Source: Candidatus Obscuribacteraceae bacterium | Lineage (GTDB): Bacteria > Cyanobacteriota > Vampirovibrionia > Obscuribacterales > Obscuribacteraceae | DNA length: 64,000 bases | Assembly (NCBI GenBank): GCA_044226015.1 | Contig: JBGAHS010000005.1 | Span: forward strand, 448,001 to 512,000 | Direction: 5' to 3' | Shown: piece after piece, positions 48,938 to 57,950 of the stretch | How positions within the stretch are numbered: position 1 is the first letter of the stretch | Layout: the number at the start of each line of letters is the position of its first letter | Program-made: the position numbers and the translations under genes | Notes under the pieces: generated by a model | What the model was told of the DNA's origin: nothing | Databases searched by the model: none | The model's input: the letters and a program-made list of their open reading frames with translations, nothing else

Positions 48938-51000
48938 TATTTCTTGTTCAAGATGTCAGCGTATTTGAGCGTCATCTCGGCATGGAGTAATTGTTGGCTC
49001 CGCTTAGCCCTGATGAAGTCGACCATTTGAACACCAGCCATCAAGCTTAGTCCGGTAGATGGCAAGACGTTGACCTTATCTATGAGTCCATTAATAGCTT
49101 TTAGCTTGTCAGCCGCATTCAGAGTGTTCAACACACCCCCCGACGCAAGCATCGAAGATCCTTCGGCACCAAATGCGGTATTACGAACAAGTGATCTCAA
49201 GCTGCCCGGTGCAAGCCCGGTTACTGCTGTAGCAAGGAAGTAGAACTGCCTTGCATTGTTTGCATACTCTCCAAGTTTGCTCTCCCTGGCTCCTGCATTG
49301 TTGATTACGCCGCTGAGACCGACAGTCATGCGGGTCGTTCCTGAAGCTAACTGCCAACGGAGCACTCTTGTAGCTGCTGTCGACCCCTCGGTGGCTGCAA
49401 CTTCGGCACTTGCTCTCAATGCAGATGTTAGTGCTACTTTACTTAGCTGCGCAGCTGCCACTCCTCCACGCAAGAGCTCAAAGCCTGAAACCGTTAGCCC
49501 AATATCAAGGGCAGACATTCCTACTTTTTCACCGTAGTACCAGGTCTGTTGCGTTCCTTTATATGAGGATAGATTTTCGGCTTTGATAAGTGAGAAACCG
49601 TTATTGTTGGGAACTACTACCAACTCTGTCTTGTCGAATTCTCTTCTTATGCTAAGTCTTTTGCCAACTTCCTGGGCTCCAAATAGATTTTGGTAGCTCC
49701 ACCACGGAACGCTTTTTGCTTGAACTTCTTGATTGACTTCAATTTTGTTTCCTTTTGGGACCACGTTGAAGTCGCTAGAAATCAAGTTTACGCTTTGAAG
49801 CGTTTCCCCATCGCCTGGCTTTCCAGCGTCACCGGTCAACCCTACAAGATTTCCAAGTCTGTCTATTCGCGCCTTTGTCTGGGTTCGCTCCATATCGCCC
49901 CAGTAGACTGCACGTTCTGAGTTGCTGCTAAGTTGTTCAAGCTGACTGACAATGGGCATGAGGATCTTTCTTTGATTAGAAACCCAGTCTGTGAGTTCCT
50001 TCATTCTTGCTTGACCTTCCGGCGTTGAAAGAGCTGCAGCATCAGGTAATGCCAGGTCGATGTGTTTAATTTCGTTATTTTCTCCGCGGACCACTTGGGC
50101 CCCTTGCGGCAAATTATTCTTGAATTGCTCACCGCCCGGAACGCAGGAGAGTTCATTCATAATCTTTATCTGGACTTTAGCTTGAATTGCAGCATCTGCA
50201 TAGGAGCGCATGGTTTCCAGTGCTGGACTCTGTTCAGTGCCAAGGGCATCGGACCAAGATTTCGGCAGGGCATAAGTCTTTATGTCATTTTGCAAAGTTT
50301 GCATATTCGCCGCGTCTGCAACAACTTGCGCTGTCAAAATCCAATTGATTGCTTCATCTAATTTGCCTACGTCTTCATTTTGTGGTGGCAGATCAGTGTT
50401 GATACCAATAGATAATGGCTGCTGTTGAGCGTTGGGATCTTCCTTTTCTACAAGTCCAATTTGTCCCATTTCCTGAGAAAGGGCGGGCAAGAATGTGTTT
50501 TCCAGTTGTCCTACGATCAGTTTGTAGGCGGTTTTGCTCGCGTTTCCAAATTCGCCTCTGGATTTTTCATCTTCAACTTGCTTCAACAAGTTTGCATTTT
50601 CGGATGCGTTTTCTTTGTTAATAAAACCCGGAAGCAATTTGATGATTCGCTCTTGCATTCTTGATTGCGGAGGACCATCAGTACCAAGTGTTAAATGAAG
50701 ATTCTCCATGAATTTCTGTTTTGCTTCAGGAGAATTATTGAAGTTAAAGGCGCTTTCCGTACGGGACAATCCAGAAACTGGATCTACTGATAGCGCCTTT
50801 GCTGCAGGCATCTCTATCAGAGTAATATTTGCAAATCCTAATTGCGCAAGATCATTATTTTTTGAATTTGGCTTGACTCCAGCAAGAAGCAGTGAGTCGC
50901 TTTCCAGAGCTTTTGACTCCGATTTGTCAGCATTCTTTTCAGTCGGCGGTATGACGATTGCTTCGTCCTTCAGCTTGCCTGCTTGTATGCTGTCTGCCAT
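48934..51000 (-). CDS. Large hypothetical protein with C-terminal Ala/Gly-rich hydrophobic helices
   Basis: 688-aa ORF; no signal peptide; no recognisable family. Confidence 0.7.
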   Translation of the reverse strand: MADSIQAGKLKDEAIVIPPTEKNADKSESKALESDSLLLAGVKPNSKNNDLAQLGFANITLIEMPAAKALSVDPVSGLSRTESAFNFNNSPEAKQKFMENLHLTLGTDGPPQSRMQERIIKLLPGFINKENASENANLLKQVEDEKSRGEFGNASKTAYKLIVGQLENTFLPALSQEMGQIGLVEKEDPNAQQQPLSIGINTDLPPQNEDVGKLDEAINWILTAQVVADAANMQTLQNDIKTYALPKSWSDALGTEQSPALETMRSYADAAIQAKVQIKIMNELSCVPGGEQFKNNLPQGAQVVRGENNEIKHIDLALPDAAALSTPEGQARMKELTDWVSNQRKILMPIVSQLEQLSSNSERAVYWGDMERTQTKARIDRLGNLVGLTGDAGKPGDGETLQSVNLISSDFNVVPKGNKIEVNQEVQAKSVPWWSYQNLFGAQEVGKRLSIRREFDKTELVVVPNNNGFSLIKAENLSSYKGTQQTWYYGEKVGMSALDIGLTVSGFELLRGGVAAAQLSKVALTSALRASAEVAATEGSTAATRVLRWQLASGTTRMTVGLSGVINNAGARESKLGEYANNARQFYFLATAVTGLAPGSLRSLVRNTAFGAEGSSMLASGGVLNTLNAADKLKAINGLIDKVNVLPSTGLSLMAGVQMVDFIRAKRSQQLLHAEMTLKYADILNKKY

Positions 51001-51024
51001 TTCACATACCGGAAAGTTAATTTG

Positions 51025-52137
51025 CTACCAGGTTTCCGGAGATTGACCGGCCTGAGATGGGGTTGGGCTAATTAGTTCCAAAATCGGCGGAATTACGATG
51101 GCTGCTGCACCGAACCTTCCAACCGTCCTTGCTCCTCTGGCACCAAGTCTGCCACCATTTCTATAGTCAGCGCGGAATTCGTTGCGCACGTCGTTTGGCA
51201 CAAGATTTGTTCTTTCCGTAGTGCCCCACTTGATCTCTCTATATTTGTTAAAGCCCTGCTCGATTGATAGCATCCAATCTGCAATTTCTCCACGCTGGCG
51301 CGCACCCGCGGTTTTGTATTCCTTGGATAAGTAATCGATTACTTTACGGGTTTCTTGTTCGAACTCCTGCGGATCTTTCGATTGAAATCCCGATGGCATT
51401 GGAAAAAATTGTTCTTTGCTAACTGGGGCGGATTTGCCCGGAAGCCCGAACCAAAAGCCCGGTTTAACTGGTTCATTTCCGACCGGTTTACCTTCGATTA
51501 TTGATCGCAATGTCTTTTCGGTTTTGTCCAAGAATGCATTGGCTTCGGGATTACTAGTGTCAAGGTCAGCTGTTTTAGCATCAAATAACGATGGTTTTGA
51601 TTCAATCATCGTCACAAAGGGGTGATTTATTTTCTGATAGTTCTCTTTGGTCGAAGTGACATCTAGAAAAAACAATCTTCCCGTCTTGTTGTTGATAAGA
51701 ACGAAGTCAACATTCATATGATCGAGCGGCGAATTCTTTTGTGTCTGCAAAGCTATCCAGCCTTCGCTGGCCAGACCAGTAGCTCTGAGCACGTCATTCA
51801 TTGCTTTGTAGGTTCCATACTCGGTTCGACCACTCGAATTTCCCTGAGTGTCTTGCGCCATGCCCAAACGACCTATTGCGTCCTGAATGCCAGGACGAGC
51901 CAGTTGCAAGATTCTAATTGCAGTCGGATATTGTTCAGCGACATTGACAGCAGGCTTAGTTGTTTCCGCGGGTTTCGATACGTCGCCTTGCTTGGCGCCG
52001 TCGTCCTGCTTGGGGGCGCCCTCTGGTCTCGGTACCGCCGTAGCCTCGGAGCTTAATTTTGCTGCTGCTTTTCCCGACTCTTTTTCAGCCTGGTTTGCGT
52101 CTTTTGGTTCGCCAGCGTCTTTTTCTTTGTCACTCAT
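51025..52137 (-). CDS. Hypothetical protein with PD-(D/E)xK-like nuclease motif
   Basis: 'E.....LDHMNVDFVLIN..TGRLFFLDVTS.K'; disordered N-terminus; likely start ATG 52137. Confidence 0.55.
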   Translation of the reverse strand: MSDKEKDAGEPKDANQAEKESGKAAAKLSSEATAVPRPEGAPKQDDGAKQGDVSKPAETTKPAVNVAEQYPTAIRILQLARPGIQDAIGRLGMAQDTQGNSSGRTEYGTYKAMNDVLRATGLASEGWIALQTQKNSPLDHMNVDFVLINNKTGRLFFLDVTSTKENYQKINHPFVTMIESKPSLFDAKTADLDTSNPEANAFLDKTEKTLRSIIEGKPVGNEPVKPGFWFGLPGKSAPVSKEQFFPMPSGFQSKDPQEFEQETRKVIDYLSKEYKTAGARQRGEIADWMLSIEQGFNKYREIKWGTTERTNLVPNDVRNEFRADYRNGGRLGARGARTVGRFGAAAIVIPPILELISPTPSQAGQSPETW

Positions 52138-52332
52138 TTGCTTTTCCAACTTCAACTTAACTCTAAAAAGGCCAGAGTTGCCGATCCTAGCTTAATATTC
52201 GGATAGCTGAAGCGAATTTAACATGTGCAAGTTTACCGTCCCGCAATGCATAAAAGTGCAGTTGCTATTCCAATTCTCTTGTTGGAAGCAGTAGTGGCAA
52301 CATATAAATGGTGGGTCGAGCTTAGGTGTGCC

Positions 52333-53016
52333 ATGTCTAGTATGGATTTTGACTTAAAAACGGGCATTTTCAGCTGCAATTGGGCTTCTGACTGGAAGAA
52401 AGTCCAGGTTAAAGTTAACCAGGCGAAAGACGCTGCTGCGTCTAGTGCCGAAAATAGTGTTACCGAAGCACTCGTTGTAAACACATTGAGAGCTGGTGAC
52501 AAACCGGAAACCATCTATTGGTTGCTTCGATATTATGTCGAGTCTAACTCGAATGGATCTTTAATCAACACTGATCGGGGCAAATCTCTCTACATCGATT
52601 GTGACCGCTTAGAAAACACGGTCTCAGTTTATGTTGGTTCAACTGAGAGTATTACCTGTATAGGTGATGAAGATGGGCTAAAGATCTATACGATGGATGT
52701 TCAAGAGAAGTATGAATATACATGGTACGCATTTCTAGGCGCTGCGCTTAAACGCCATTACAGTGCAGAAGCTATTCTTGATGAAGCACGAAGAAATGAA
52801 ATGAAATCAGAAGCAATAGTTCCAACACTATTTTTTACTATCGGAAATACTTCTTCTTGTGTTTTGCGTACCGACTGGTGCGAGACCTACAACGATGCCT
52901 TCGCTCCGTTAGAGATCTTGGGCTATGAAGGATATATAGATTCATTGCCAACGCATCATAGTGGCAATGTGGTATCAGTATTCAATATGAAATCTTCAAA
53001 AAAACGGAACAATTAG
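52333..53016 (+). CDS. Hypothetical protein
   Basis: ORF divergent from 51025..52137; probable ATG 52333 after AGGTG. Confidence 0.55.
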   Translation: MSSMDFDLKTGIFSCNWASDWKKVQVKVNQAKDAAASSAENSVTEALVVNTLRAGDKPETIYWLLRYYVESNSNGSLINTDRGKSLYIDCDRLENTVSVYVGSTESITCIGDEDGLKIYTMDVQEKYEYTWYAFLGAALKRHYSAEAILDEARRNEMKSEAIVPTLFFTIGNTSSCVLRTDWCETYNDAFAPLEILGYEGYIDSLPTHHSGNVVSVFNMKSSKKRNN

Positions 53017-53032
53017 ATTGCGTAAGATTGGC

Positions 53033-53485
53033 TTAAACAGCTGACTCTAGCTCTGTTAAGGCTGCGTTTACGTCTCTAAGAAATGTGTCTTCGTTGAGCA
53101 GTCGCCCGCAATATTCGTATTCAAAGTATTGTTCCAGGAAATTTAGATCATATTTGATGATCTTCAACAGCTCGTCTACGCGACTGCGAACTTTCTCATT
53201 CACAGATTGCAATTTATGTATCGTAACTAGCTTTCTCTCATCTAGATCACTGTTACTGGACATATACATATGCAGCAGGGCTATAACCCTGCTATATGCC
53301 TCTATAAGGCTGTGAAAATGATTTGCTATAGCTTTCTCTTCCAGCGTCTGTCTTTTTTGCGCTAAAAGCAAAATAGCCTCATCCATAAGCAGAATATTAG
53401 TACAAGCACGCTGGCTAAATAGCACGGCTTGTTGTAGAGGCGGCAAATCGGTTTCTATTTCTTCGTGTTCTTGAGAATTCTGCAT
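53033..53485 (-). CDS. Hypothetical alpha-helical protein
   Basis: 150-aa ORF with GAGA upstream of the ATG. Confidence 0.6.
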   Translation of the reverse strand: MQNSQEHEEIETDLPPLQQAVLFSQRACTNILLMDEAILLLAQKRQTLEEKAIANHFHSLIEAYSRVIALLHMYMSSNSDLDERKLVTIHKLQSVNEKVRSRVDELLKIIKYDLNFLEQYFEYEYCGRLLNEDTFLRDVNAALTELESAV

Positions 53486-53612
53486 AATCGTCTCGGGACT
53501 GGTCGGTACTAGGATAGCAGTTTCGATGCGAATTTCTCACCTGTTGTGTTTCTCCTTATTTCCGGGATAACAGCACAGATTCGGGTTCACTGAAACGCAT
53601 GGTCTATGAAAC

Positions 53613-53644
53613 AAAACCGCCGAGCCTGTGGACTCGGCGGTTTT
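53613..53644 (-). terminator. Rho-independent terminator after the RHH gene
   Basis: AAAACCGCCGAG/CTCGGCGGTTTT stem. Confidence 0.8.
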
Positions 53645-53665
53645 AAGCTTTTGTACCGGCTTGCT

Positions 53666-53872
53666 CTAGGAGATTGGGCTGGTGATGGTCGATGGTGTGG
53701 ACTCGATTGTGCTAACAGTCATGTGGGACTGTTGGCTGCGTCTGAAATTATCAAGATAACGGCGAAGAGCTTCGCGTATCAAGTCAGAACGAGTTCTGTG
53801 CTCGCATTGAGCAATGAAATCGACCTGTTCCAGCATAGCTGGTGGTAGAGCAATTAGTACTTTCTTTGGCAT
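53666..53872 (-). CDS. CopG/ribbon-helix-helix transcriptional regulator
   Basis: 'KKVLIALPPAMLEQVDFIA..EHRTRSDLIREALRRYL'; GGGGGA RBS. Confidence 0.88.
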   Translation of the reverse strand: MPKKVLIALPPAMLEQVDFIAQCEHRTRSDLIREALRRYLDNFRRSQQSHMTVSTIESTPSTITSPIS

Positions 53873-54186
53873 CTGAACGTATCCCCCGCGTGTCCCAGCA
53901 CAACTAAATTAGACCCCAGCATCTGAAAGAAGTCCGGGAAGTTGTATTGACTATAATCAAATTACGTGATCGCGTACCGGCTTTTTTGAATATCGCCATC
54001 GCGATCTAACAGTAATAATTTACATGTCAAAACGATTGCCGTAAAGGGCTAGAACCCGCATAAAATCGCATTTCCTCGTAAAAACACTTAAACTGTTTTT
54101 TCATTTCTTCAAAACGTAGTCAGCACAAGAACTCGACAAAAAGTAAGCGGCTCGACATGTATGAGACTATCACTCAAAGACATATC

Positions 54187-54202
54187 CCCCTATATCTGGG
54201 AT
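54187..54202. promoter_or_regulatory. NrdR-box-like palindrome upstream of xth/RHH
   Basis: CCCCTATATCTGGGAT versus consensus acaCwAtATaTwGtgt. Confidence 0.35.
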
Positions 54203-54340
54203 ATAGGCTCGCTTGCAAAAGAATCACTAGTCTTTTGAAATGATTCGTGCATATAATTTTTTTGCTACTGCCTTTGGTGGCATCGTGAACCATATATGGT
54301 TGCATCCAAAAGGCTATGCTTTGAAGGTATATTCATTACT

Positions 54341-55111
54341 ATGATTTTGGCAACTTGGAATGTGAATTCCATCAATGTGCGGCTTCCACAGCTGCTTTTA
54401 TGGCTTCAAGAAACGAAGCCGAACGTGCTTTGTTTGCAAGAAACGAAAGTCGTTGACGATAAATTTCCCGAGGCAGAATTAAAAGCTGCTGGGTACTACG
54501 TCGAGTTTGTTGGCGAAAAGTCCTACAACGGGGTGGCTATTCTCTCAGACAAGCCTCTAAGCGACGTAGAGAAGGGTTTGCAGCGGGAAGTAGGTCCCGG
54601 CTCCAAACGAATCATTAGCGCTCGCTACGAGGGCGTTCGTATTGTCGACGTCTACATTCCAAATGGCGGGGAGGTCGGCTCTGAGAAATATGCTTACAAG
54701 CTAGAGTGGATCGCCGCATTAAAAGAGCATTTTGAGCGCAGGTTTAAACCGGAAGAACAACTAGTTGTAACTGGTGATTTCAACATAGCTCCATTAGATT
54801 TAGATGTGTTTGATCCAAAAGCCTGTGCTGGCGGCATTCTTGTCAGCGAAGGTGAGAGGAAAATACTTGATGATTTCAAATCTTGGGGCTTGACAGATGT
54901 ATTTCGAGAATTGCATCCACAGGCTAAGTTGTTCTCCTGGTGGGATTACCGGATGATGGCGTTCCGCAAGAATATTGGTTTCCGAATCGATCATATTTGG
55001 GCCACGACAAGCCTTGCAAGCAAAGCCAAATCAGTTTACATCGATAAAGAACCGCGAAAATTTGAGCAACCCTCAGATCATGCACCAGTGCTTGCTGAGT
55101 TCGCGCTATAA
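54341..55111 (+). CDS. xth: Exodeoxyribonuclease III
   Basis: 'ATWNVNSI', 'CLQETK', 'YNGVAIL', 'VYIPNG', 'GDFNIAP', 'RIDHI', 'PSDHAPV'. Confidence 0.96.
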   Translation: MILATWNVNSINVRLPQLLLWLQETKPNVLCLQETKVVDDKFPEAELKAAGYYVEFVGEKSYNGVAILSDKPLSDVEKGLQREVGPGSKRIISARYEGVRIVDVYIPNGGEVGSEKYAYKLEWIAALKEHFERRFKPEEQLVVTGDFNIAPLDLDVFDPKACAGGILVSEGERKILDDFKSWGLTDVFRELHPQAKLFSWWDYRMMAFRKNIGFRIDHIWATTSLASKAKSVYIDKEPRKFEQPSDHAPVLAEFAL

Positions 55112-55467
55112 CTCCGCTAAGTTCTCCTGCCTTGCGCGAAGCCCGTTTTGACTGGGTTCGCAGAACTGATATTGGGTCTTATATTGATACCAGTTCATCT
55201 ATTTAGTGGTGGCACCTTGGAATCAATGGGAAAATTACGTTGCGTTTTGTTCGACAATACAACAGACTTGTTTACACGCCGCAATATTGCAACGTTTCCG
55301 CATTTCTTGTAAACGCCTGTCAGCAAGCGATTCCAAGGTGATCGCGCTTGCGGTAAAGTTAATAAACATTGCGGAACTACTTGTGGTGGCAACCGATTCA
55401 GCCAAGCTGTAGAAAACTTTTTGGGTGAGTGACGAGTCGCTATTTGAAAGGAGTTTGATTGCTCACG

Positions 55468-55487
55468 TATTCCTATATATAGGAATA
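55468..55487. promoter_or_regulatory. Perfect 20-bp palindrome, NrdR-box-like
   Basis: TATTCCTATATATAGGAATA. Confidence 0.45.
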
Positions 55488-55738
55488 TCTTTTCGCATCA
55501 GATTTTGCAGGTTTCATACAATGTTTTGCAAAAATGGCTTGATTAGCGGAAGGAAACCGCACAACATAGGTATATACGTTGCATGCAGTTTCTGGTATCA
55601 ACAGTGGTGCCACTTCAACATCCCTTTGTGTACTTATATGGGGGCTGATCAGCAGCCGCCACCATATCTGGTATTGAATTCTGCTGAAATGCTGCCCAAT
55701 ATCAACGTGTTTCAGATATGTTTACGATTGTATAGAAG

Positions 55739-55766
55739 CGAGAGCCCCCATAAATGGGGGCTCTCG
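55739..55766 (-). terminator. Stem-loop, putative terminator of the acyl-CoA dehydrogenase gene
   Basis: 12-bp stem CGAGAGCCCCCA/TGGGGGCTCTCG; U-tract is weak. Confidence 0.55.
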
Positions 55767-55835
55767 GATAGTTATTCATTTCAATGAGAAACGCTCAACT
55801 TGTAGAGCTTGCAAGTTTACGATAACGAACTTGAT

Positions 55836-57740
55836 TTAGTACGGAAACATGATTTCTGCATGCTTTACGGTTGACAAACCAGGCATTCCGCCTTCAATGA
55901 TCTTTTCGGCAAGTTTACGGCAATCTTTGAAGTATTGATCTGACGGTCTTTCGCCTGTTAATTTGCGAGTAAAGTCCTGGCAGAGTATATCTGCTGCTCC
56001 CAACATTACTTCATCATTGAGCTGCTGGGCATGAAAAGCAGTAACAAGCATGGTTACAAGGTCTTGCACGCGTTGAGACATGTCCGCGATTCTGCACTGG
56101 CGGTCAGCCAGTCGCAACTGGTGGGTCACCATTGCATGGCTGAGTTCTATAGGAGAATTGCTCAGTTCGTGCAATGCGAATTCTACGTGTGGTCGCATTT
56201 TTTCATGAACTTTAACGCTGTTAGGAATTGAATGAGAGCCAGCCATTTCCTTTCCAATGCGCCAGAAGGCATATGGGAAGAGTTCATTGCGAAGGGCCAT
56301 TACATGTGCTGGATTCACAGGGTTGAAGTTCTTGATCTTTTCGCGCTCAAGCGCTTTACCAACTGGTTCAAAGAACTGAGTTCCATGTGCCTTGGCAAGA
56401 GATTTGAAGAATGCCATTCCGAGCATTTCTCCTTCTCCTTCATATATGCATGGAGCAAGGAAATCGTGCACGTTATCACCAAACATGTGACCGTGCATAA
56501 AAGAACGACCGCCATGTGTTTTCATGAAATATTCGATGGCAACTTCTTTTTGAGCTTCGCTTCCAAAGATTTTTGCGATGATGCATTCCAATTCGCCTCT
56601 GAAACCCAGGTCTAAGAGATAAGAGCCCCAGTTTACAAGAGCATCAGCCCCGCAGATTAAGGCTGCGGTTCTGGCAATTCTACGCTTGACGAGTTCTCTC
56701 GTCTCAATGGCTTGTCCATAGGTCTTGCGATATTTTGCCCAGGGCAATATGTTGGCGAGCATTAAACGCATGCTTCCAGCTGCGGTGGCACATAGTGCAA
56801 GTCGTCCTAGATTGAGACCATGGTAGGCGACTGTCAGTCCGTCGCCCACTTTAGGTTTCAGCAGGTTTTCTTTTGGAACCTTGAAGTCTTTGAAGATGAG
56901 ACCGTTATTGAAAGCATGCTTCAGCGCGTAAAGTCCATAATGAACTACCTTGAAATTCTCGTTTTCCTCTTTGGGTAATTCTGCCACCAGTGCTGATGGC
57001 TTGCCATCTACGAGGCAAACCAGCCCTACTGTGCGGCCAGGAATTGCGTTAGTAATGAAGAGCTTTTCTCCATTAACCACATAATGGTCGCCTTGAAGTA
57101 CTGCTGTCGTTTTAAGGGCGGTCAAGTCTGAACCAGCCCCTGGTTCTGTAAGAGCAAATCCTGATAATTGCTCACCAGATGCTAATTTAGGGAGATATTG
57201 TGCTTTTTGCTCTTCTGAGCCAAATGATGAAACAGGGTCGACAGCACCGATGCAGCCATGAACCGAAGCCAGTCCAGCTGTTGTGGGGTCAACCATCGCC
57301 ACACGCGTTAGAAAGTTCATGAAGTGCTGAATTGAAGCACCTTGACCGCCGTACTTGGGCGAAATCAACATTCCCCAGTACCCAGCTTTGGCCAAATCAG
57401 CGATATGCTCAGCACTCACTTTGCCTGTGGAATCATAGATGGTGCCTTTATCACGGTGGGCACGAATCGACTCGATGCAACGGTCCATCGCAGCCAGACA
57501 AGGCGCATCGGTCGTCAACGGCTTTGCAGCAAAAAGCTCGAGTGGAACTTCCTTGTCCCACACTGCCTTGTGAATAGGGCTGTTCGAGGTTTTATATTGC
57601 GGCGCGAAAAGCGATTCGACTTGATCATCTGCTTTATCTACAGCGCCAGTTCTTTTGGCTTCTTCTTCACTTTTGCCGCCAAGCCTCATTGCTGTTTCGG
57701 CAAAACTCAGTTCATTATCTTCGTTTTGAGTTGTAGTCAT
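55836..57740 (-). CDS. Acyl-CoA dehydrogenase family protein
   Basis: 'GFALTEPGAGSD', 'VNGEKLFITNA', 'LNLGRL', 'RKTYGQAI', 'THGGR', 'IYEGEGE'. Confidence 0.93.
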   Translation of the reverse strand: MTTTQNEDNELSFAETAMRLGGKSEEEAKRTGAVDKADDQVESLFAPQYKTSNSPIHKAVWDKEVPLELFAAKPLTTDAPCLAAMDRCIESIRAHRDKGTIYDSTGKVSAEHIADLAKAGYWGMLISPKYGGQGASIQHFMNFLTRVAMVDPTTAGLASVHGCIGAVDPVSSFGSEEQKAQYLPKLASGEQLSGFALTEPGAGSDLTALKTTAVLQGDHYVVNGEKLFITNAIPGRTVGLVCLVDGKPSALVAELPKEENENFKVVHYGLYALKHAFNNGLIFKDFKVPKENLLKPKVGDGLTVAYHGLNLGRLALCATAAGSMRLMLANILPWAKYRKTYGQAIETRELVKRRIARTAALICGADALVNWGSYLLDLGFRGELECIIAKIFGSEAQKEVAIEYFMKTHGGRSFMHGHMFGDNVHDFLAPCIYEGEGEMLGMAFFKSLAKAHGTQFFEPVGKALEREKIKNFNPVNPAHVMALRNELFPYAFWRIGKEMAGSHSIPNSVKVHEKMRPHVEFALHELSNSPIELSHAMVTHQLRLADRQCRIADMSQRVQDLVTMLVTAFHAQQLNDEVMLGAADILCQDFTRKLTGERPSDQYFKDCRKLAEKIIEGGMPGLSTVKHAEIMFPY

Positions 57741-57950
57741 TGTCAGTAGCCGTCCATTGATGCGCCAATTCCTAGATCTGCATCATAGTATACGTTCTCC
57801 TGCGGATGCTTGCAGGATGAATGCTCGCTGTTTATCGCGTTAGTGTCGCAACAGAACTGTGACTTTCCCAGCTTAATTAATGAAAAGAATGATGAAAGAA
57901 GCTAATTTATACATCCCTTGTTCAGAGTCAGGAATAAATAGGAGGGCTTC

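Noticed and set aside
52216..52243. dif-like site (ATTTAACATGT resembles the XerD arm)
   Set aside because: The inner TAA of the XerD arm is missing and the XerC arm matches poorly.
55425..55787. 120-aa ORF within the convergent gap
   Set aside because: Atypical composition, no RBS or family motif, and it runs through palindromes and a terminator hairpin.
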